DNA of 64,000 nucleotides from Spirochaetia bacterium (GTDB lineage Bacteria; Spirochaetota; Spirochaetia; G963692905): NCBI GenBank assembly GCA_965261245.1, contig OZ253446.1, positions 2,069,587 to 2,133,586 of the forward strand, read 5' to 3'. Shown piece by piece: positions 56,969 to 64,000 of this stretch (position 1 is its first letter; each line of letters starts with the position of its first letter). The notes under the pieces were generated by a model. It saw only the letters and a program-made list of their open reading frames with translations, ran no database searches and was not told where the DNA came from. The position numbers and the translations under genes were made by a program.

Positions 56969-58432
56969 TTATTCGGTAATACCGTAATCGCGCATCTTGT
57001 TATACAGGGTTGCCCGTTGGATCCCCAGGGCGGCGGCCGCGCGCGTCTTGTTCCCGCGCGCAGCATCCAGGGCAGCCAAAATCAGCAGCCGCTCTGCCTC
57101 CGCGATGGTCGCACCGCCGGGGATAATAACACCGTCCCCCGCGCTCTCTGCTCCCCCCTGCGCAACCGCACCGCTGCCCGTCCCCCCAGTGGGAACCCTG
57201 CCCTCGCTACGCACAATACTTCGCGGCAAATGCTCAACGCCGATCAAGCTATCCGGACTCATTACCGCAGCGCTCTCCAGGGCATTGCGGAGCTCGCGTA
57301 TATTACCCGGCCAATGATACGCCTGCAGGGCCGCAAGCGCCTGCGGGGTCAGGCGCCGCGGAACTCCGCGCGCACCCCGCCCGCCCCCTGTCCCGGATAT
57401 CTGCTCCAGAGACACCTGTATCAGCTCCGGCAAATCCTCGCGCCGCTCGCGCAGCGGCGGAATGTTAATGTGGACAACATTTAAACGGTAATACAGATCT
57501 TCGCGGAAATTACCCTCTTGCATCTCCTGCTGTAAATCGCGGTTTGTGGCGGCAATAATACGGGTATCGACGGTAATGGTACGCTCCCCCCCTACCCGCT
57601 CAAAGGCGCGCTCCTGTAACACACGCAGCAGCTTAACCTGGGTTGTCGCGTTTATCTCGCCGATCTCATCTAAAAATATACTCCCCCCGTCGGCCAATTC
57701 AAAGCGCCCCTTGCGCTGGTGTATGGCACCGGTAAACGCGCCCTTCTCATGACCAAACAGCTCGCTCTCCAACAGGGTATCGGAAAGGGCGGCACAGTGC
57801 ACCTTAATCAACGGCTCCCCGCTCCGCTGCGAGGCAGTATGGATCGCCTCGGCAACCAACTCCTTCCCGACGCCGCTCTCCCCGGTAACCAACACAGTCG
57901 CATCGGATTCGGCAATACGGTCAACCGTCCGCATAATATCCTGCATCGCCTTACTCTTTGCCGTAATCCCCGAATCTGCAGCCGTACGCAGCTTGCGCTC
58001 ACTGTCGGCAAGCTGCACACGCAGCGCATCGTTATGCCGCGACAGCCGCTGGTGCTCCAGGGCGCGGCGCAAGACAGCCGACAGGTGATCCAGGTTTACC
58101 GGCTTGGTCAGAAAATCATACGCCCCATTACGGATAGCCCGCACCGCATCCCCAATAGTCCCGTGCCCGGTAAGGATAATCACCGGGATACCCGGCCAAT
58201 CGGCGCTGATTTTACGCAGCAGCCCAGCCCCGTCGAGGCGCGGCATCCGCAGGTCCACAACAGCAGCATCAATCTTTTGCCCCTCAATGCAATGCAGGGC
58301 AGCCTCGCCGTCAGGCGCGGTAACAACATGGTAGGTATCCCGCAGCGCCTGCGCCAAACCGTTGCGGATATTTGCCTCATCATCAGCAACCAACACGGTT
58401 GCCGCACGGGCACCGGTATCTAACTTTGCCAT
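56969..58432 (-). CDS. Sigma-54-dependent two-component response regulator (receiver + AAA+ + HTH, NtrC family)
   Basis: Receiver VLVADDEANIRNG with phospho-acceptor Asp; Walker A GESGVGKE; GAFTGA motif; C-terminal Fis-type HTH. Confidence 0.85.
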   Translation of the reverse strand: MAKLDTGARAATVLVADDEANIRNGLAQALRDTYHVVTAPDGEAALHCIEGQKIDAAVVDLRMPRLDGAGLLRKISADWPGIPVIILTGHGTIGDAVRAIRNGAYDFLTKPVNLDHLSAVLRRALEHQRLSRHNDALRVQLADSERKLRTAADSGITAKSKAMQDIMRTVDRIAESDATVLVTGESGVGKELVAEAIHTASQRSGEPLIKVHCAALSDTLLESELFGHEKGAFTGAIHQRKGRFELADGGSIFLDEIGEINATTQVKLLRVLQERAFERVGGERTITVDTRIIAATNRDLQQEMQEGNFREDLYYRLNVVHINIPPLRERREDLPELIQVSLEQISGTGGGRGARGVPRRLTPQALAALQAYHWPGNIRELRNALESAAVMSPDSLIGVEHLPRSIVRSEGRVPTGGTGSGAVAQGGAESAGDGVIIPGGATIAEAERLLILAALDAARGNKTRAAAALGIQRATLYNKMRDYGITE

Positions 58433-58439
58433 ACCCAAA

Positions 58440-59669
58440 CTACCCCGCGCCCCCCAGCAGCCGCCGTGCGCGCCGGGAAAACGGCAGCGTAATAATACAT
58501 TCGGTACCAGCCGGCGCACCCCGCGCCCCGCGCCCCCGCTGCCCCTGGCCTACCCCACGGTCCTGTAAACTTATCTCCCCGCCATGCTCTTTGATAATTT
58601 TATACACCTCAGTCAACCCAATCCCGCTCCCCGTTTCTTTGGTGGTAAAATACGGCTCAAACACCTTCCCCTGTATCTCGGGATCTATGCCGCTCCCGCT
58701 GTCAACAATATGTATCTCCACCGTATCCGACGCACCGCACACCCAGACCCCCAACTCGCCCCCCCCGTCGTCGGGCATCGCCTCAATAGAGTTTTTTATT
58801 ATATTCATCACCGCCTGCTTAAGATACGTCCTGTCGCCATCTATGTGCGGCATATCCTCCGGCAGCTCCGCCGTCACCTTCACGCCCCGTTCGGAAAATT
58901 CCGGCCCCAGGAGCTCCAATATCTCGCCAATCAACGGAGCAACCCCCAGCTCCTCCATATTCAGATTAATCGGCCGCACCGAAAATAGAAAATCAATCAC
59001 AACAGCGTTCAGCCGCTCAATCTCTTCGTTAATGATATCAAGATTATCGAGCATATTTTTCGTATCTATTCCCGCACTCGCATCGATACTGCGAAGCTCG
59101 CGCTGAATCAGCTGTATGTAAATAGCAATAGAGCCGAGCGGATTTTTTATCTCGTGAGCAACATTTGCAGTCAGGTGGGTCAGTGACGCCAACTGCTCCG
59201 CCCGGTGCAGACGCACCCGATTCTGCTGCTCCGCAGAGATATCCTCAAAGCGCAGAATATTCCCGATAATCTTCCCATACGAAACCAAGGGCAAAATAGT
59301 GCACCTGATTGCACGCAGCTCCGCCGAATCCCCAATAGTAAATATTTCCTGAACCCTGCCGGATTTCTTCGTTAAGTGCTCACGGCAAAATTCGGCAATA
59401 TCGCTATCACCTATAACCTCCCACACCGGCACACCCCCCGCGCCCCCCGCCGCCTCCGTCGTCTCTGCCGTAGGGATCAGCAGCCGCAGCGCCCGATTAC
59501 CCAGAAGCACCCGGTTACCCTCGTCGCTAATCAATATCCCCTCCGGCAACGAATCAATGACAGCCGACAATCGCTCCTCTTTTGTCAACAGATCCAGGCA
59601 CAGCTCCCGAACCCGCGCCGAGTCCAGCTTATCTACCCGATCGACGACCCGTTTAAGAAAGCCCTGCAT
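58440..59669 (-). CDS. Sensor histidine kinase (PAS-like + HisKA + HATPase_c)
   Basis: H-box HEIKNPLGSI; N, D/G1 and G2 boxes (DSGSGI, GSGIGL); directly upstream of the response regulator. Confidence 0.8.
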   Translation of the reverse strand: MQGFLKRVVDRVDKLDSARVRELCLDLLTKEERLSAVIDSLPEGILISDEGNRVLLGNRALRLLIPTAETTEAAGGAGGVPVWEVIGDSDIAEFCREHLTKKSGRVQEIFTIGDSAELRAIRCTILPLVSYGKIIGNILRFEDISAEQQNRVRLHRAEQLASLTHLTANVAHEIKNPLGSIAIYIQLIQRELRSIDASAGIDTKNMLDNLDIINEEIERLNAVVIDFLFSVRPINLNMEELGVAPLIGEILELLGPEFSERGVKVTAELPEDMPHIDGDRTYLKQAVMNIIKNSIEAMPDDGGGELGVWVCGASDTVEIHIVDSGSGIDPEIQGKVFEPYFTTKETGSGIGLTEVYKIIKEHGGEISLQDRGVGQGQRGRGARGAPAGTECIITLPFSRRARRLLGGAG

Positions 59670-60897
59670 GTAACCTGCTTATCCCCGACAGCAACAGCAC
59701 CAGCTGGTCGCCCACCGGAATATTTAATTGGCGATGGCGGTAATGAATCGTAACCAGCAGCTTCTGTAATTCGCTGCAAAACTGCGTACGCTGCGGCGTC
59801 GGATCCTCCCGCCACGCCCGGTACCCGACATCAGACAGTGCATACAAAAAATTATCAGAGCGCTGCGAACTCTCCCGCTTCCCGCTGCTTAATTTTTCGG
59901 TAATATACTCGGTACACGCATTCGCCCGCCGCAGCATCTCACCCGCATCCCCCAGCGCCCCCAGTAACGAGACAGCCAACTCTTCTGCTTTTTTGTGCGC
60001 CATATCACCCTGAAAAAACAGGGCATGCAGGGACCCCGGCATCTCCTCACTGGTAACCTCAATAAACCCGATATGCTCCCCCATCACCCGCCGCTCCTCC
60101 GCCGGCACCCGGGATTGCAAGAGATACTCCTGCGCCCGCGACCGCACCGTCAACGGCAGCGCGTTACTGTTGGCAGACAACAGCATAATCGTCACCCGCG
60201 GGGGCGGCTCCTCTAACAATTTCAACAACAGGTTACAACTCCGCGTACTCAACGAGTCACTGCCCTCAATAATAATGCACTTCCGCCGCACATCGGTCCC
60301 AATACTGTTGCTATGCGCCCACCCGCTCAGCAGCCGCAAACTACTCACCGACACGTTCCCCGGATAGGCCTGATTGATATCCAAAATATCTTTATCCACG
60401 TCCTGTAAATAGGAGATCATAGAATCCGCATCATCCCCCGCCCTCAGGACCCGCGCCATCTGCGAGGTAAGCTCCTGCAGCCTCCGCACCACCGGAATAA
60501 TTTCCGCCCGCCTGACCACATCTCCAATATCCAGAAAATTCTGATCAAACCGCCGTATAAATATATTCATCGCCCGCGCCAACTGCCGCAGCCGCTCGCC
60601 AGTGGGGTCAGCCCGAAATTGCCGCAAATACACCGCAATCTCCTCCACAAAATACCGCCTCCCGATCAGCGCCACCGCAGGATGCTCGGCAACCGCACAA
60701 TGCGCGCAGCTGTCACATTGGCACCCCGCGTCCCCGCTTTCACGGCAATTCAGTACCCGCGCCAGCTCCAGTGCAATCGTCAGCTTCCCGGTATGCGCCG
60801 CCCCGCTAAAGTGCAGCACCGGCGCCAACGCCCCGCCCGCGTAGGCGCTGCTCAGAAGCGCCCGTACCTGCAGGTGACCAACAATATTCTCAAACAT
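59653..60897 (-). CDS. holB: DNA polymerase III delta-prime subunit-like AAA+ protein
   Basis: N-terminal MFENIVGH, degenerate P-loop GAAHTGK, Cys cluster CQCDSCAHC; start chosen at internal Met, track ORF extends to 60972. Confidence 0.6.
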   Translation of the reverse strand: MFENIVGHLQVRALLSSAYAGGALAPVLHFSGAAHTGKLTIALELARVLNCRESGDAGCQCDSCAHCAVAEHPAVALIGRRYFVEEIAVYLRQFRADPTGERLRQLARAMNIFIRRFDQNFLDIGDVVRRAEIIPVVRRLQELTSQMARVLRAGDDADSMISYLQDVDKDILDINQAYPGNVSVSSLRLLSGWAHSNSIGTDVRRKCIIIEGSDSLSTRSCNLLLKLLEEPPPRVTIMLLSANSNALPLTVRSRAQEYLLQSRVPAEERRVMGEHIGFIEVTSEEMPGSLHALFFQGDMAHKKAEELAVSLLGALGDAGEMLRRANACTEYITEKLSSGKRESSQRSDNFLYALSDVGYRAWREDPTPQRTQFCSELQKLLVTIHYRHRQLNIPVGDQLVLLLSGISRLHAGLS

Positions 60898-61004
60898 ATA
60901 CGTCAGGTAAGCGCCGCGCATATCCGCAAAACGCATACCGCAACGGCGCAAACGCCTCCCACAGTGTACCATTAAGGCACAGAAACTATCTCTCCCTATA
61001 ATGG

Positions 61005-61360
61005 AGATTTAGGAGGGGGCACCGCCCCCTCGCTGCAGCCAGCGTGCCCCGCCTGCTCGCGCAGGCAGGGCACCAGTGCGCTAACCCGCGCGAGCGCGGG
61101 TTACGGGCTCACTCCCGCTCGCCCGCCGCGCACTTCGCTTGCTTACGCTACCCCCGTCACAGTTGTAAAGATATTAAGTCATAAACAGACATAGCAATTC
61201 CTAATGCGCCGCGGAGCGGCGCCAACAAGCAGACGCTACCCCCGTCGCTTTTGTAAGAATATTAAGTCATAAACAGATACAGCAATCCCAAATGCGCCGC
61301 AGAGCGGCGCCAACAATAAGTCATAAACAGAGATATAGCAATTCTTAATGCGCCCAGCGT
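61005..61360 (+). repeat. Modular intergenic repeat: head type 2 followed by about three tandem ~80-bp units
   Basis: Units CGCTACCCCCGTC.C...TTGTAAAGATATTAAGTCATAAACAG alternate with hairpins TAATGCGCCGC.GAGCGGCGCCAACA. Confidence 0.65.
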
Positions 61361-61837
61361 CTATCGTATCCCCCGCAAGAACTCAAACCCCGCAGGCACA
61401 AACTGCACAAACGCCCGGGCCGCAAAGCTCTCTACCATCAATTGACCAACAGAGATAAACGGCTGAATCTGCAAAATAATAAGAATAATCATAACCGCCG
61501 TCGCACCCTCCACAACACCCAACACCAGCCCCAACGCCCGGTCTAAATTTTCCAACGAGGCTTTAAAGATAATATTCTGAATAATGCGGTCACATATCTT
61601 GATGACAATATACACCGATAGAAAAATAACCAGAAAGACCACGATGTAATTCCACCACCCCGTGCCGAACTGCCGCGAAATCACCTGTACCCCGCTGCCC
61701 GAAAAAATCAATGCCGCAAACAGCCCGCCGAACAGCGCCCCGAAAGCGAGCACCTCTGCAAAAAATCCACGGAATATGCACCGTACCGTAAAAAACAGCA
61801 GGATGATTACCGCTACAATATCAAACGCATGAAACAT
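61361..61837 (-). CDS. cvpA: CvpA-family membrane protein
   Basis: Four TM segments; start at MFHAFDIVAV, one nt after murG stop. Confidence 0.65.
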   Translation of the reverse strand: MFHAFDIVAVIILLFFTVRCIFRGFFAEVLAFGALFGGLFAALIFSGSGVQVISRQFGTGWWNYIVVFLVIFLSVYIVIKICDRIIQNIIFKASLENLDRALGLVLGVVEGATAVMIILIILQIQPFISVGQLMVESFAARAFVQFVPAGFEFLRGIR

Positions 61838-61838
61838 C

Positions 61839-62963
61839 CTACTCTCCCCGGCCCTTAACGGCGTCCTGCTGTACACCAACGACCTGGCAAATTACCTCTG
61901 CAATGCGCCGCGCACCGTCACTGTAAAACAGCCCCGCCGCCCGGCCGCCCATCTCTTCCCGTGTACCCGGTGAGCGCAGCAGCGAATCAAGCTCGCCTAA
62001 TAACTGACTGCCCGTCGGCTCTTCAATAGCCACTGCCGCACCGCGCTCCACCATATATTGCGCATTAAACAATTGCTCCCCCCGGGATGCGCTCTTGGGA
62101 AATGGAATCAATACCATACATTTCCCGATAGCTGCCAACTCCTGCACGGCATTCGCCCCGGCGCGGCTGACAACAATATCAGCAGCAGCCAGAAAATCAA
62201 AGAGTTCTTCACGTAAATACGCATAGCCGTGATACTGTCTTCCGGAAATACCATGCCCCTGCGCCCACGCCTGTTTCTCGTGCGCTTCCCCGTATTGATG
62301 AATAATTACGCATTTATGCTTACCGCTCAGTTCGCCGGCGCACTCCGCAACCAATTCGTTAATCGCAGCAGACCCCAAACTACCGCCCAGAAATAGAATA
62401 ACCGGTTCGCCGGCACGCGCCTTAACCATAGCACGCCCCCGTGCCCGACGGCCACTGCTTATCTCCTGCCGCAGCGGGTTGCCGGTAACCACAGTACGCC
62501 CCCGTACCTTCTCCGGCAGGAACTGCAGGGTAATCTCATCGGAAATACACATCCTGACGGCAACACGCATGCTAATCCGCGTAGCCAGCCCGGGGGTAAA
62601 ATCAGATTCGTGACACACCACCGGCACCCGCAGGATTGCCGCCGCCAACACAACGGGCACGGCAACATACCCGCCTTTCGCAAACACAACCGCCGGGCGC
62701 CGGAACAGCAGTATACCCAGAGCCCCAACAACCCCCGCGCACACCAACAGCATATCGACGGCATTGCGCAACGAAAAATAGCGGCGCAGCTTCCCGCACG
62801 GAATGGCAAAATACCGCACGCTCCCCGCGACCGCCTTCCGCTCAATACCCGTGCGCGAGCCAATCCAGTAACAATTTTCGGTTATCGATTCCGGCAGCTC
62901 ACGCAGTACAGCCAGCGCAGGATTCACGTGCCCTATTGTCCCGCCTCCCGTGATGCATATCAT
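61839..62963 (-). CDS. murG: Undecaprenyldiphospho-muramoylpentapeptide beta-N-acetylglucosaminyltransferase
   Basis: N-terminal GGGTIGHVNPALAV; C-terminal GT-B fold motifs; start chosen at MICITGGG, track ORF extends to 63242. Confidence 0.75.
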   Translation of the reverse strand: MICITGGGTIGHVNPALAVLRELPESITENCYWIGSRTGIERKAVAGSVRYFAIPCGKLRRYFSLRNAVDMLLVCAGVVGALGILLFRRPAVVFAKGGYVAVPVVLAAAILRVPVVCHESDFTPGLATRISMRVAVRMCISDEITLQFLPEKVRGRTVVTGNPLRQEISSGRRARGRAMVKARAGEPVILFLGGSLGSAAINELVAECAGELSGKHKCVIIHQYGEAHEKQAWAQGHGISGRQYHGYAYLREELFDFLAAADIVVSRAGANAVQELAAIGKCMVLIPFPKSASRGEQLFNAQYMVERGAAVAIEEPTGSQLLGELDSLLRSPGTREEMGGRAAGLFYSDGARRIAEVICQVVGVQQDAVKGRGE

Positions 62964-63009
62964 ATAATACAGTATAGCAAATAGTAGCGATAAGTTGTAT
63001 AATATCCGC

Positions 63010-63885
63010 ATGGATACAATCGTACGCCGTTCTGCCAGAGTGGCGGGAATAGCGCTGTGCCTATTTGCGCACGGGCCACTGGTGTTTGCCCAGAACCCCG
63101 CAGAGCCGTCCCGGGCGCTCTCTTCGGTACAGGCGCAATTTGCCCAGCTCCCCCAGGATATGCAGGAGCAGCTGGTAACCGCCAACCAGGTTATCAATAC
63201 CAGTTTCGATCTCGACAGTCCGCAAATTGCTCCGCCGTTCATCGTCCCGGTTATCGATCAGCTCCTACCCGCCGCCAGCGGCGGCGAAACCGCAGAGAGC
63301 ACCCCAGATACCACCAACCTGCAGGTAGAGGGGCTGTTTTTCATTCCCCTGTCCAGCGAACAGTCTGCACGGGTAGACGACCTGGTAATATACAACATCA
63401 CCCGCACCCCCAGTACAATGGCAGGCATTGAGTACTACTCGGCCAGCCGCCAGAGATGGCGCACATTTTACCACGAGTCATACGTCATAGCCGACCCGCA
63501 GTCGCGCACCGCACTGATGGATCCAATTGTGAATACCATACCCGCCGCCGACACACAGTATTTCAGGCAGCGCGATTCCAGCTTCGGCGTTAACACATAC
63601 CTGGCCCGCTACACCTACACCGACGGCATTATCCTGCTGGATATAGCCAACACCAAACCGGTACATTATTTTATTCTTAAACTGGCAGACCCCGGCAATC
63701 TCCACACCTCTATGATTATCCGCCGCTTCCAGGAGGGAATACTGTTTTACGGATTGTCCAGAATAGACACAAAGTCATTTTACGGTTTTGAGGAGCGCGC
63801 AGAGCGGAGTATCGTCAATCGGGTAAAGGCAATATTCAGTTGGTTCGAAATGAGATTATTTGAAGAGATAGACACCGTCGCCTGA
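63010..63885 (+). CDS. Hypothetical secreted protein
   Basis: Signal peptide MDTIVRRSARVAGIALCLFAHGPLVFA; 291 aa; no assignable motif. Confidence 0.4.
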   Translation: MDTIVRRSARVAGIALCLFAHGPLVFAQNPAEPSRALSSVQAQFAQLPQDMQEQLVTANQVINTSFDLDSPQIAPPFIVPVIDQLLPAASGGETAESTPDTTNLQVEGLFFIPLSSEQSARVDDLVIYNITRTPSTMAGIEYYSASRQRWRTFYHESYVIADPQSRTALMDPIVNTIPAADTQYFRQRDSSFGVNTYLARYTYTDGIILLDIANTKPVHYFILKLADPGNLHTSMIIRRFQEGILFYGLSRIDTKSFYGFEERAERSIVNRVKAIFSWFEMRLFEEIDTVA

Positions 63886-63887
63886 TA

Positions 63888-64000
63888 TGATAACCCCGAT
63901 AATGATCGCCATTGCGCAATTCGTCCTGACCCTGGGGCTGTTGCCCATATGTGTCGCACTGGCACATCACCACGACATGACCGACAAACCCGACGACGGA
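63888..64000 (+). CDS. Partial ORF (5' end only) of a hydrophobic membrane protein running off the window
   Basis: ATG followed by MITPIMIAIAQFVLTLGLLPICVALA; truncated by window end. Confidence 0.25.

Noticed and set aside
61140-61360. Possible CRISPR array (regularly spaced ~80-bp units)
   Set aside because: The intervening segments are themselves conserved hairpin modules rather than unique spacers, and no cas genes are present.
62963-63242. Long N-terminal extension of murG in the track ORF
   Set aside because: The extension precedes the conserved GGGT.GH motif by about 95 aa, is Cys/Ser/Trp-rich and overlaps the divergent downstream gene; the internal start at MICITGGG fits MurG proportions.
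1-64000. rRNA genes, CRISPR arrays, toxin-antitoxin pairs, restriction-modification or prophage structural genes
   Set aside because: None recognised by eye; absence without searches is not proof of absence.

Overview
High-GC (about 60%) bacterial chromosomal segment; taxon not assignable from sequence alone. Core housekeeping genes (pyk, a hisZ-hisG fusion, hisB, nnr, tatD, leuS, metG, murD, murG, holB, msrA, two sigma-54 activators, a two-component pair, tRNA-Met, tRNA-Gly) are interleaved with unusually rich accessory content. (1) A multigene family of very large secreted lipoproteins built from Cys-rich repeats, a thrombospondin-type-3-like module, Gly-rich GLUG-like repeats and a conserved C-terminal tail: four paralogs plus three related Cys-rich proteins, with mosaic near-identity between copies. 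This is my best candidate for an undescribed variable surface system. (2) Two IS481-like insertion sequences, one beside tRNA-Gly. (3) A low-GC islet next to tRNA-Met carrying a GIY-YIG-like gene and a coiled-coil gene. (4) Leaderless small membrane coiled-coil genes with in-frame tandem repeats, and an AT-rich FRG-like/TPR gene. (5) Several families of structured, modular intergenic repeats whose hairpins show compensatory base changes. No rRNA, CRISPR array or cas genes were seen. All calls are from reading the sequence and the supplied ORF track by eye; no searches were run. Track ORF starts include alternative start codons, and hand-counted positions (tRNAs, repeats, promoters) may be off by 1-2 bp.
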